DNA from: Octopus sinensis
Lineage: Eukaryota
Length of the DNA stretch: 64,000 bases
Direction of reading: 5' to 3'
NCBI RefSeq assembly: GCF_006345805.1
Contig: NC_043024.1
Span: 3,534,001-3,598,000, forward strand
Every line of letters begins with the position of its first letter. Position 1 is the stretch's first letter. This document shows positions 12,743-25,949 of this stretch, piece by piece. A program made the translations under genes and the position numbers. The notes beneath the pieces were generated by a model. That model was not told the DNA's origin, ran no database searches, and was given only the letters and a program-made list of their open reading frames with translations.

Positions 12743-13106
12743 TTATCTCCGCCTTCGCTAAGGCGGAGGTATTGTTTCCAGTTGTGTTTGTTTGTTTGTC
12801 TGTGGACAAGATATCTCAAGAACCACTGGATGGATTCAGATGAAACTTTCAGGGATGTTTAGCCTCATGACTGGCACAAACCGATTAGATTTTGGGATCA
12901 ATCTGGTACCAGACAAGAATTCTGGATTATTTTTTCTGTTTTTACACTTAATTTTTGAGATCGGTTGAGTTCATTATTAGTATTCTCATTTATGAGAAAA
13001 GTCGAGTTTATTTCAGATATTCTCATTTTAAAAATGATCTCTGGCTAATCGTTGAGAGGACGTTGGTGTTGCCTTGGTGGTGGTCTGCACTCTGAGTGCT
13101 CTTGTT
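12743..13106 (+). mobile_element. Helentron-associated (HINE/DINE-1-like) non-autonomous element
   Basis: 5' hairpin CTCCGCCTT-CGCT-AAGGCGGAG, GTTT/GTCT microsatellite, and 3' stem-loop GCACTC-T-GAGTGC followed by T-rich sequence. Second copy at ~29880-30245. Confidence 0.65.
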
Positions 13107-13391
13107 GAATTTTTTGTTGTACATTGGTTAGTTCCAGGTCATATCGATAGAGCAGACTTTTGACTAAAAGTGCAGATGTCTGAGCTGTACCCATCCCTAT
13201 CTTTGTTTTCAAGCATTGTCCTCTCCTCTTCTTCTTCCTCATCTTCTCCTCCTCTCCTCCCCACTTCGTTTTATTCAAGTTTTTGTTAGTGTTTAATCTA
13301 ATTAAATTATTTAATTCATTTACTTATTTTTATATCTTATTTTATTTTATTTTGCTTTCGATTTTTTGTATATATGAACACATACATATAT

Positions 13392-13773
13392 GTAGGCACA
13401 GGCATGGCTGTATGGTAAGTAGCTTGCTTATCAACCACCTGGTTCTAGGTTCAGTCCCACTGCGTGGTACCTTGGGCAAGTGTCTTCTGCTATAGCCTCA
13501 GGCCAACCAAATCCTTGTGTGTGTATTTGTGTATTTGGTAGATAAAAACTGAAAATATCCATCATATATATATGTTTGTGTGTCTGTTTTTGTCCCCCCA
13601 CCATTGCTTGACAACCGATGTTGGTGTGTTCATATCCCTGTAACTTAGTTCGGCAAAAGAGAACGATAGAATAAGTACTGGGCTTACAAAGAATAAGTCC
13701 TGGGGTCGATTTGTTCCACTAAAGGTGGTGCTCCAGCATGGCCTCAGTCAAATGACTGAAAGAAATAAAAGAA
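13392..13773 (+). mobile_element. tRNA-derived SINE, family 1
   Basis: A/B boxes and full body. A partial 5' copy lies at ~14255-14460. Confidence 0.85.
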
Positions 13774-14064
13774 ATATACATCAAAGTGTACAGTATTATA
13801 TATCTATTACAGCTGATATTGCCTAAATGGTTGCCACACTAGGGGTTCAACAAGATGTTAGATAACAGCCCCTAGTACGAAACCAATTGCTAACAACAGC
13901 CATAATGGCTATAATATTGTACACTTAACTAGTATACCCACTTATTGTTTAAATAAGAGTTGTACATTTTATCACAGTTCTGTGTGTAGACACATAGCGC
14001 ATGACAACTACCAAAAGGTATTGTAATGGAAATTTTTAAAAAATGAAGAAACCTTTTGACGAAG

Positions 14065-14166
14065 CACTTGATGAGACACATCTGCACCTGTGATGCACTG
14101 CAATTGTTTGTCCAGCATCTCACCCATGCGGCACCAGTGCATGAAGGGGTCGAAACAATCATAGTG
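14065..14166 (+). ncRNA. Decayed hammerhead motif with extended stem II
   Basis: CAC-TTGATGA-GAC...(~70 nt)...GTC-GAAAC-AATCAT-A-GTG. Stem III ACAATCAT equals palindrome ACGATCGT after two CpG transitions. AATAAA follows. Confidence 0.5.
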
Positions 14167-14877
14167 AATAATAAAGTCTTGTGAATTCAATTTTCTTCCT
14201 TGCACCCCCCCACACACAAATTCACACACATACATGCATATATGTAGGTGCAGACATGGCTGTGTCGTAAGAAGCTTGCTTCACAACTACATGGTTTTCG
14301 GTTCAGTCCCACTGTGTGGCAACTTGGGGAAGTGTCTTCTACTATAGCCCTGAGCCAACCAAAGCCTTGTTTAATGGATTTGGCTGATGGAAAATGAAAG
14401 AAACCTATTGTGTGGGTGTATCTGTATATATAAGGCAGGATGTGTGTGTGTGTGTGTGTACGTGAATGTAGTTTATGCACATCCACAAATTAGCATGCGT
14501 GTCTCTTAAATTTTAGGAGGACATTCGTCACGTCACAACCCTAGCTGTATTTTCGTCAAATAAACGAAAACTTACCTATGTCTATAAACATATTTGTATA
14601 GAAAAATTACATTCTCCAAATGTACTATTGTTTGATAAACATACATATCCATATATAACCACACATAACATAAATTAATACATACATACATATTCACCTG
14701 TATATATAAATATACCCATACATTCACATGCATAAACTAGTACGTACACATATTATAATATATCCTAATTGAAATATATAAAACACATATCTACGTAAGT
14801 ATAAGCTATATATATTTACATATACACACATACACACATATGCAGACATATATATATATACATATATATATATATAT

Positions 14878-17800
14878 CATCATCATCATCATCATCATCG
14901 TTTAGCGTCCGTTTTCCATGCTAGCATGGGTTGGACGGTTCTACTGGGGTCTGTGAAGCCAGAAGGCTTCATCAGGCCCAGTCAAATCTGGCAGTGTTTC
15001 TACGGCTGGATGCCCTTCCTAACGCCAACCACTCCGTGAGTGTAGTGGGTGCTTTTTACGTGCCACCCGCACTGGTGCCAGACAGAGCTGGCAAACGGCC
15101 ACGAACGGATGGTGCTTTTTATGTGCCACCGGCACGAGGGCCAGGCGAGGCTGGCAACGGACACGAAACGGGGCGGTGCTGGCAACGGTCGCGAAACGGA
15201 AAGTTCTCTTACATGCCACCGGCACTGGTAACACATCTGCAATTTCCATTGATCGATTTCCATTGATCGATTTCCATTGATCGATTTCGATTCTGATCGT
15301 CACTTGCCTCAACGGGTCTTCACAAGCAGAGTTTTGACATGCCACCGGCACTGGTAGCACATCCGCAATTTCCATTGATCGATTTCGATTCTGATCCTCA
15401 CTTGCCTCATCACGTCTTCACAAGTAGAGTTTTGTGTCCCAAGAAGGGAAGGTATGCATACGTAGGCTGGCTCCATCCCATGTAGAAGGCCACGGGTTAT
15501 GGACTCACTTGTCCTGCCGGGTCTTCTCGCGCACAGCACACTTCCAGAGGTCTCGGTCTCTAGTCATTTCCTCAGTGAGACCTAAAGTTCGAAGGTCGTG
15601 CTTCACCACCTCGTCCCAGGTTTTCCTGGGTCTGCCTCTTCCACAGGTTCCCTCAACCGCTAGGGTGTGGCACTTTTTCACACGACTATCTTCATCCATT
15701 CTCGCCACATGACCATACCAGCGCAAACGTCTCTCTTGCACACCACAACTGATGCTTCTTAGGTCCAGCTTTTCTCTCAAGGTACTTACACTCTGCCGAG
15801 TGTGAGTACCGGCATTACACATCCATCGGAGCATACTGGCTTCATTTCTAGCGAGCTTACGCATATCCTCAGCAGTCACGGCCCATGTTTCACTGCCATG
15901 TAGCATGGCTGTTCGTACACACGCATCATACAGTCTGCCTTTCATTCTGTGCGAGAGGCCTTTTGTCACCAGTAGAGGTAAGAGCTCTCTGAACTTTGCC
16001 CAAGCTATTCTTACTCTAGCAGTTACACTTTCAGCACACCCGCCCCCGCTGCTGACTTGGTCACCTAGGTAACGGAAACTATCAACTATTTCTAGTTTTT
16101 CTCCCTGGAAAGTGACGGAAGTTGGTCTCAGAGCATTTTCAGTGTTTATTGTTCCTGAGCATCTGCCACATACAAAAACCATCTTCCTAGTTAGCCTTCC
16201 TTTGACATTGCTGCATCTCTTATGTGTCCATAGCTTACACTTGGTGCATCTTATAGAGTTTCTACCTACACCTTTTCTACAGATCGAGCAGGGCCATCTA
16301 CCTGAAGGTGTTTGTGATTTGTCTACCTTCCTACTGATTACGACTTTGGTTTTAGCTAGATTGACTCTGAGGCCCTTCGATTCTAATCCTTGTTTCCACA
16401 CCTGAAACTTCTCCTCCAGTTCTGATAGCGACTCAGCAATTAGAGCAAGGTCATCAGCATAGAGGAGCTCCCAAGGGCATCCTGTCTTGAATTCCTCCGT
16501 TATTGCCTGGAGGACTATGATAAATAGGAGGGGGCTGAGTACTGAGCCTTGGTGGACTCCTACCTCTACCCGGAATTCTTCACTGTACACATTTCCAACC
16601 CTCACCCTACTAGCGGCGTCCCTGTACATGGCCCGCACAGCTCTCACTAACCATTCATCTATCCCTAGTTTCCTCATTGCCCACCAGATAAGGGATCGGG
16701 GGACCCTGTCGAAGGCTTTCTCCATGTCAACAAAAGCCAGGTACAGGGGCTTATCTTTGGCTAGGTATTTCTCCTGCAGCTGCCTTACCAGGAATATAGC
16801 ATCAGTAGTACTTTTCCCTGGCACAAACCCAAACTGCATCTCATCTAAACTAACTCTCTCTCTAATTAGTTGGGCTATGACCCTCTCCGTAACCTTCATC
16901 ACCTGGTCCAACAGCTTGATACCTCTGTAGTTATTTGTATCTAGGGCATCACCTTTACCTTTGTAGCAGTTGACTATTATACTGCTACACCAGTCATTGG
17001 GTATGACCCCTTTGTGTATCACCTGATTAACTATACGGGTGACTAGGCTATAGCCGACACTACCAGACATTTTGAGCATCTCTGCAGTGATTCCTGATGG
17101 GCCTGGGGCTTTCCCTGTCTTCATGCTTCTAATTGCCTTAGCTACCACGGAACTATCAACTCGGATAGCTGGTCCCTCTGTTGGGTCAACATTCGGCAGA
17201 CTCTCTTTATCCCATTCATTTTCTTCATTCAGCAACCTTTCATAGTGGCATCTCCAAACCTCTCTCTTTGCATCCTCATTTAGCGCAAGTGAACCATCTT
17301 CCATGCGAACACACTTCTCTCCTACCACATCACGATTCTCTCTCACACACTGTCTTGCAACACGAAACACCTCCAGTCTTTGGTCCTCACGGCGCAGAAC
17401 ATTGGCAAATTTTTTCTTATCTGCTTCCCCTCTGGCTTAATAAACCTGTCTCCTAGCTTCTCTTTTGGCAGTCTGATACAATCCCCTGCTACCCCCATTT
17501 TTCCAGACCTTCCAAGCCTGTCTCTTTTCTCTAATAGCCCTGTCTACAATATTGTTCCACCACCACGTTATTCTAGGTCGAGAGGGGACTTTGCACCAGC
17601 CACAGATCTGGTCAGTGGCTCTCAGCAGGTTGTCCCTTAGAAACGTCCAGCTGTCTTCTACCCCCTGTGATGCTCTATCCCCTTCTACTTTGTCAGAGGC
17701 TTCAAGTAATATGTCCCTAAATCTCTGTCCATTTGCAGGATCTTTAAGCTTCCAGATCCTTCTTCTCCATATTTGTCGTCTTCTGGTTGTCCTCCTAGTC

Positions 17801-18299
17801 CTGATCCTAAAGTCACTAACTACCAGTCTATGTTGTGGGGTACATTCTTCACCTGGGAAGGTTTTTAGCATTTATAAGCAGCCATCTCTCCCTTTGCCTT
17901 GTAAGGATGTAGTCAATTTGGCTGGTATGTTGGCCCGATTGGTAAGTGACTAGGTGGCTGGTAGGTTTCCTGAAGTTAGTGTTGCAAATCATAAGATTAT
18001 TTGCATCGCAGAACTCCAGCAGCCTGGTTCCCTCCTCGTTGCGGGAGCCATAGCCTCCATGTACGCCATGGAGGCCCCCAGCATGTCGTCCAACGTGACC
18101 ATTGAAGTCACCAGCCACAAAGATAAGGTCTCTGTCGTTCGTCAACGAGGTAGTCTGCAGTAGAGTGTCATAGAATCGGTCTTTCTGTCCATCGGGTAGC
18201 CCCGACTGAGGAGCATAGGCTGATATAATGGTTGCTAAACTATGATGAAGCACTAATCTAATCTTAAGTATTCTGTCACATACTCTGATTACCTCAATT

Positions 18300-18303
<4 letters not shown>
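14878..18303 (-). mobile_element. RTE LINE copy C: partial APE plus a 621-aa open RT ORF (15505-17370), 3' UTR and (GAT)n tail
   Basis: NYRGIKLL, AFVDMEKAFDRV, VHQGSVLSP and LLYADD. APE pieces FVAGDFNGHVG and SQIDYIL. (TA)n on both sides; 5'-truncated at KVIEV. Confidence 0.95.
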
Positions 18304-18331
<28 letters not shown>

Positions 18332-18334
<3 letters not shown>

Positions 18335-18802
18335 TGGCTGCCCCCTTGTTATTGAGTATGGCCATTGCATGAAGCTTAATCAATGTTGTTATCATGCAAT
18401 GCCTGTGCAAGAAGATTTTTTTTTTAAAGTGAGGAAAGGCTACAACAGCAGCCATAATCCGAAAAGAAGAACAAGTCAACATCATCGGTAACCACTGAGC
18501 CGCAGGTTTTGTGTTGGAGTTATCCCAGTTACCTGAGTTACCTTCTCCTAGAAGGATACCCAAACAAAAGCTAGGAGTCCTTCACTCCCAATGGCTTAAC
18601 CGCGCGATCGGGTATTCAGTCCGATTATTTCTCTGTCCCCGCGCATGATACAGCTTTAAGACATTTATTGGATGACCGTTGGCTCTCAAGAGTTCCTCCG
18701 CCCTTTAACTGGTTTTGTTTTTCATCCTGCAGGGTGTCCAATAAACACCCTCCCCACCAAGCTTGCTTGGTGGGGTTGCCGGTTTAGTCGCCAACGACCC
18801 GA

Positions 18803-18804
<2 letters not shown>
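18332..18804 (-). mobile_element. Probable RTE-type 5' UTR fragment between (TA)n tracts
   Basis: Contains CTAGGAGAAGGTAACTC...CAAAACC, resembling a motif I recall from RTE 5' UTRs. CpG-rich and highly structured. Not joined in frame to copy C. Confidence 0.45.
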
Positions 18805-18878
<74 letters not shown>

Positions 18879-19009
18879 ATACATATATATATATATTATA
18901 TATATACATATATATATATATATATACATACATATATATATATATATACATACATATATATATATATATATATACATACACATATATATACATACATATA
19001 TATATATAT

Positions 19010-19040
<31 letters not shown>

Positions 19041-19057
19041 CATACATATATATATAT

Positions 19058-19110
<53 letters not shown>

Positions 19111-20087
19111 CATACATACATACATACATATACATACCATCACATACACAAATATACACGTTGACCTATCTATAAGATCTAATATACATAATAACATAAA
19201 ACAATAATTGAAAACTTACACATACATATATACATATAGATTCACACATATACATTTATATATACAAATCCAAAACCTAGTGTATTCCCGTGGGTATGTA
19301 CATGCAAACATGCTTATTACAAAACTTTATACTTAACAACAAATGTAAATGTATACCAATATACATATACATATGGATATACATACAAACACATACAAGC
19401 ACATATATAAAATATACATATATGTACACATATATCAACACCTATATATATATAAACACATACATATACATAAATTGCACACTTATATAAATATATACAA
19501 AGATCCATATATCCATAACCCACTACAATTTTACTACTCCTATATTTTAAAGTAAAAATGCTCATTATAACTAGTTGTATTTAATTTAAAGGGTAGTTTA
19601 CAATAAGTACTGTTTATATCTGGAGAAAGTATACCCAATTTTATGAAGACATGATACATTGAGTTTCTTAAAATTGTTAATAATCGGTAGATTAGCTCTA
19701 ATTAGAAAGAAAATTTCATTAATGCATAATGAGCATTTTCTATTTTTATTATTATAATCAGGTGCAGATATAAGTATTTTCCATTGCAAATTATAATTTA
19801 TTTTTTATTTTTGTATCCTTAAGTTCCCATATATATGTACTTAACCCCGTAGAATTACTCCTATTTCTATTTTAAAAAAGTGTATCTGTGATAATTAAGT
19901 CTTTATTTCAAATTATTCTTCATAGTCCCGATATAGACTTTCTTATCATATTGTGTACTTACTATACATTGATATACTACCTCCTTCCTAATGCAGTCAT
20001 TATTAAATGCACAATTTTCTCTTATCCTACAATTACACTTACTAGTTTGTTGTAGATGGTTTACTTTATTGTGATTAATTGTTACTG

Positions 20088-20121
<34 letters not shown>

Positions 20122-20122
<1 letters not shown>

Positions 20123-20709
20123 TATGTTTGACTTTTGCTTTATGTCTGTACAAGTTGGCTCCAAGTCTCACCCAGAGACCTCAAGAGACAACAGGTTGGA
20201 AGTTCATGTTGTTGTTATGCCTAGTGTGCCATATATTTGGGGTTTTTTTGGTGTTGTACTAGTGAATGTTTAATACATAAAAAATAAATAAATAAAAAAT
20301 AAATAAATAAATAAAAGTTTGTTTTAAACCTTGGGATTACATAGAAAGTATTTTGCGTAGGATATGAGCAGTTCCCATGAGCACTATCTTTTGAATTTCT
20401 GCCATTTTGGGGTTTCCTGGTATCTGAGTTAGGTAGCAATCAGCCCCTTTTGCTATCATTCCCAGGGCACCTATGACAACAGGTATTGTTTTAGTCTTCA
20501 GCTTCCACATTTTGTTGATTTCTATTTCAAGATCTTTATATTTGCTCAGTTTTTGGTAGGTCTTGACAGATACGTTTATATCGATTGGGACAGTCATATC
20601 AATGAGGAGGCATGTTCTTTGTCTGAAGTCTTTCAATATGATGTCTGGCCTATTTGCATCTATCTTTCTGTCAGTTTGAATGGTGAAGTTCCAGAGGAGT
20701 GAGATGTGG

Positions 20710-20712
<3 letters not shown>
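20122..20712 (-). mobile_element. R4/Dong-like non-LTR retrotransposon 3' fragment (RLE domain) inserted in (TAA)n
   Basis: LLWNFTIQTDRKIDANRPDII...LIDMTVP...KLSKYKDL...IPVVIGALG...IQKIVLMGTAHILRK is the PD-(D/E)xK RLE signature. (TAA)n on both sides. Confidence 0.85.
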
Positions 20713-20770
<58 letters not shown>

Positions 20771-21742
20771 CATTATTATTATTATTATTAATATTATTAT
20801 CATTATTACTTACTATTCCCATATCCACCGGCACATTATTATTGATATTATTATTCTTTTCCGTTATTTTTATTGTTATCATTATTAATTCTATTATTAC
20901 TTGTTGTATTTCTATTATTATTTTCATTTCGATTATTGTTATTATTATTATCATTATTATTATTATTATCATTATTATATCTTGTGCTATTGTTAGGCAT
21001 GTTTGTGTTACCTAAATTATTTTTTCTATTTAGATAGACATTATCCAGCTTTTTATTATTAATTGAGGATATGATGGTGGCCAGATTATGAGTTAGACTG
21101 TGTCCTATTCTAATTGTTTTTTTATTAATTATCTCCCAATATTTATTCTTTCCTTTTTCAAAATGTTTGTTTATTAAATTGAAAATATTTTTTACTATGT
21201 CATTTTTTATTTGCATAGCATAAGTGATTATTAACCATAGTGTATCTATTACATTATTTTCATTATAAGGTTTTTCTATATTATTTATAATTTCCCTATT
21301 TTTATTATTACTTCTATAATTTCTATAATTCTTTTTATTATAATTTAGACTAAATACTTTATTATAGTTATTATTATTATAATTAGCATTATTCTTATAA
21401 TTCCTAGTATTATATTATTATTATTATCTCTCTATATATAAACGGCAAAATGTCTGTGTGCATGTCTTTTATACAAATCCACAATTTTTCAGTTAGAGGA
21501 CTCGCACTTTCTATGGTCATTCTATGGTCATCTTTACATTTCCCCAGTCACCCCGCAAAGCCATTAAAAAAATCAATAGAAGTGACTTTTTTGTGAATTT
21601 TCTATCCAAAACCCAATCAAAATGCCCGAAACTTGATACACCAATTGAATGCCAGCTAGCTGTATGTGATTGGTCGGAGATTTGGACAGTACTCGCGTGT
21701 ATGTGCGCACGCACGCAGCTGTATATGCATGCACTAGCACTA

Positions 21743-21800
<58 letters not shown>

Positions 21801-22790
21801 TATTATTATTATTATTAATATTATTATCATTATTACTTACTATTCCCATATCCACCGGCACATTATTATTGATATTATTATTCTTTTCCGTTATTTTTAT
21901 TGTTATCATTATTAATTCTATTATTACTTGTTGTATTTCTATTATTATTTTCATTTCGATTATTGTTATTATTATTATCATTATTATTATTATTATCATT
22001 ATTATATCTTGTGCTATTGTTAGGCATGTTTGTGTTACCTAAATTATTTTTTCTATTTAGATAGACATTATCCAGCTTTTTATTATTAATTGAGGATATG
22101 ATGGTGGCCAGATTATGAGTTAGACTGTGTCCTATTCTAATTGTTTTTTTATTAATTATCTCCCAATATTTATTCTTTCCTTTTTCAAAATGTTTGTTTA
22201 TTAAATTGAAAATATTTTTTACTATGTCATTTTTTATTTGCATAGCATAAGTGATTATTAACCATAGTGTATCTATTACATTATTTTCATTATAAGGTTT
22301 TTCTATATTATTTATAATTTCCCTATTTTTATTATTACTTCTATAATTTCTATAATTCTTTTTATTATAATTTAGACTAAATACTTTATTATAGTTATTA
22401 TTATTATAATTAGCATTATTCTTATAATTCCTAGTATTATTATTATTATTATTATCTCTCTATATATAAACGGCAAAATGTCTGTGTGCATGTCTTTTAT
22501 ACAAATCCACAATTTTTCAGTTAGAGGACTCGCACTTTCTATGGTCATTCTATGGTCATCTTTACATTTCCCCAGTCACCCCGCAAAGCCATTAAAAAAA
22601 TCAATAGAAGTGACTTTTTTGTGAATTTTCTATCCAAAACCCAATCAAAATGCCCGAAACTTGATACACCAATTGAATGCCAGCTAGCTGTATGTGATTG
22701 GTCGGAGATTTGGACAGTACTCGCGTGTATGTGCGCACGCACGCAGCTGTATATGCATGCACTAGCACTATATTATTATTATTATTATTT
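20713..22790. repeat. Near-identical ~1027-bp tandem duplication (PLE linker plus a Helitron-like insert), with breakpoints in (TAA)n
   Basis: Identical ORF translations offset by 1027-1028 nt (20851/21878 and 21517/22545). The insert starts TCTCTATATATAAACGGCAAAATG at ~21430 and ~22458. Confidence 0.92.
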
Positions 22791-23639
22791 AATATAGGAT
22801 TTCTAATCCTATTTATACTATTATTGGTATTTTTATTCATATTTTTATTATTGTTTTTGTAATTATTCTTTTTATTTGGATTATTGCTATATTTGTCTAA
22901 CCAATGTTTATTAGTTGTTATTATATCCTTAGTGTTAAGGTTATTATTGGGGATATATTTTATTCTACCATTATATCCTGCCCTATATATAATGCTGAGT
23001 TATATTTTCCCCCATGTCTATTAAATATCTCTTCATTCAAAGATAAGTTAGAAATTCTTTTACTTATGCTTATTTGTGGAGGGTGATTACTAGAATTATT
23101 TATATATCTGAAATTGGAATTTTTTTTCCACATAAGATTTATGGAGTCCAGTATTAAGGTTACAATTCACATCTAGATAATTAATAGAATAATTTTCATT
23201 TTCAATAGTAATGGATAGGCCGAAATTATTAAAGAATTTATGCAAGCATTTTTTTAAGTATATCTAGTCGTCTATTTGAAAGATTCTTAACTAAGAATAA
23301 AGCGTCATCTCTAAGGTTCTCATTTTGTTAAATGAATAAATAATCCAACATTCTAATATCTGAAAGTTGATGAACAAACTAAATTTGTTTCTCCATTTTC
23401 TTATTTGTATTATAACAGTAAAATATTTCTTTACCTTCACCAGTTTAATACAATAAATAAGTTAATTGCATTGTAATTGAAAACATTGGATAAATACTAT
23501 CCCTAAGTGGGTTACACCCATAACCCCTAACTTACTTTGTGTCATAAATTAATTATATGAGGAATATCTATTGCTAATACTTGTATATGTATGAATTATC
23601 TATGCAATATTTGGAGTATTGCTAGTATAAGTGAATACA

Positions 23640-24743
23640 TTTAAGTATAGCATAATAATCCCTCAAAATGAATACTGTTGGAAAAACGGAGATAATACGG
23701 ATTGATTCATCACTAAAAGACATACCCATACCAACCAAGGACTATTACACCAAAGAATTAATATATAGGATTAACGAATTTATCCACAGAATGCGATGGA
23801 AATCCTATACCCCTGAAAAGAATCTCACTAAATTGAACTATGAAGATAAAGATGACCACAACTATGCAAGAATCAGAAGTAACTATGAGGAAATAATGGA
23901 AATTACTAAGAATACTTTTAAATCCAGAAAGGCACCACCACCTAATAAATACTTGGATAACTTCGAACAGGATCTATGGAGTACTATTAAGAATATAAAG
24001 TTCAGGAATCATCCACTAAGGCACAATCCCTACCAGAGAAAATTGAAAGAAATTATTAGATCTTTTAGGAACAAAAATGGCATTTTAACTCATTCGGATA
24101 AGACTGGTAATATATATAACATAGACACACAAACATACCATGAACTATTACTAAGAGAAATTACAAAAAAATATAAGGTTGTACCTTATGCTACACTTCG
24201 AAAATTGAATTTAGAAGCTAGAAATATAATGTATGATTATAATTTAGAAGATAAAGCAGAACCTTTCACGTATAACAATTAAGGACCATAAAAAGAATTT
24301 CACCAATACAACACAGGTCAGATTAATCTGTCCAAATAAATCTGACTTAGGCAAATTAAGTAAATTAAGACAAATATATACCAATAATTAGAAATAAAAT
24401 TAAGCTTCATTTATGGAAAAACACATAAGGTACATTGGAATGGTTTTCCAGTATTAGGGTTGATAATGGTAGAGACCATAAACTAATCCAATTTGATATT
24501 CAAAATTATTATTCATCGATTAAACCAGTAATACTTAATAAAGCTTTAATTTTTGCAAGGAAATATACAAATATTAGTATGAGGGAAATTAAGATAATAC
24601 TAGCGGCTAGAAAAACTGTTATAGAATTTGACAACAAATTATGGGTTAGAAAGGAAAAGCCAGATGTATTTGATATTACAATGGGATCGCCGGATTCAGT
24701 GGAAATGACAGATTTAGTAGGGATTTATTTACTAGACAATAAA
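23640..24743 (+). mobile_element. Penelope-like element 5' half (N-terminus to RT motif B), disrupted
   Basis: LKDIPIP...LIYRINEFIHRMRW, SDKTGNIY, IQFDIQNYYSSI and DITMGSPDSVEMTDLVGIYLL. Confidence 0.85.
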
Positions 24744-25122
24744 ATGAGAAAATAAAGAAAATGAAAAATTTGACGTGCAGACATTATTTATTTAAAGACA
24801 TTCAAATTGATGCAGAGAAATTCCTGCCTACAGCTGTTTCCACACCCAATGAATTCAGTTACAGAATTAAAATTCTTGAAACCAGTCTGAGTTTGTCATA
24901 GGTTAGCTTACATGTTAAAATGTAACTTCCTTTTGGAAATTTTACCTGAAGAAATACCCAATTGACTGGTTTTGAATATGGAAATTTGAATTATATTTCT
25001 GTAATTGAATTGATTGGGTGTGGAAACAGCTGTAGGTAGGAATTTCTCTGCAGGAATTTGAATGTCTTTAAATAAATAACGTCTGTATGTCAATTTTTTT
25101 CATTTTCTTCATTTTCTCATTC
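24744..25122. repeat. PLE-pLTR-like fold-back (~130-bp arms) with a degenerate hammerhead in the right half
   Basis: Arms ~24744-24875 and ~24995-25122 are reverse complements. TACC-TGAAGA-AATACCCAAT...ATTGGGTGTG-GAAACAGCTGTA-GGTA at 24942-25038. (TA)n at the right end. Confidence 0.7.
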
Positions 25123-25949
25123 ATATATATATATGAATGAGGACTAAACTGTCCAACCATGCCAGCATAAAAAAAGGTGAATATAAGTGCAGCATGTCTG
25201 TGTGGCAAGAAGTTTGTATCCCAATCACATGGTTCTGGGTTCAGTCCCACTGTGTGGCAACTTGGGCAAATGTCTTCCACTATAGCCTCAGGCTGACCAA
25301 AGCCCTCTGAGTAGATTTGGTAGATGGACACAAAAAGAAGCCTATTGTACACACTCACACACAGATCTCATCATTTAATGCCTGTTGTCCATGCTGGCAT
25401 GGATTAGATGGTGTGACAGAGATGGCAAGCTGGGGGAGGTGGGGCTGCACCAGACTCAAGTTTTTTGGCATGATTTCTATAAATGGATGCTCTTATGTGA
25501 CACCGCATGGGCACTTTTACACTTGACAATTGGTGCTGATGTGTTTACGTCCCTGTAACTTAGCAGTTTGGCAAAAGAGACTGACAAAATAAATACTAGG
25601 GTTAAAAAAAACATATCCTGGGTTCGATTTGTTTGACTAAAACTCTTCAAGGTGGTGCCCCAGCATGGCCGCAGTCTAATGTCTGAAACAAAAGATAAAA
25701 GATTAAATATGATGCCAAAATGGTAATGATAAATGCTTTTGTGTGTTTGCGTTTTCACGTATCTGTTTGTTTTGACTCTTCTTGGGTCATGGTGGTGTTT
25801 GTTTATGTCGCATATACACAATATGTCCCACATAGCTATTTCTTTGTTGTTTGTCAGCAAATAACCAAACTATTTTCTTTTCAGAATTTGAAATCATTGT
25901 GTCTTAATTAACAAACTCATTAATTTATTAATCCTTCATTTTGTATCAG

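Larger units (their letters stand above)
19560..23430 (-). mobile_element. Penelope-like element 3' half (RT C-terminus, linker, GIY-YIG), interrupted and partly duplicated
   Basis: RDDALF...FGLSITIE...INYLDV at ~23310-23170; linker LINKHF...IRIGHS; VVYQC...KVYIG at ~19990-19920; WKIL...CSLCINE...SCLH at 19598-19789. Confidence 0.8.
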
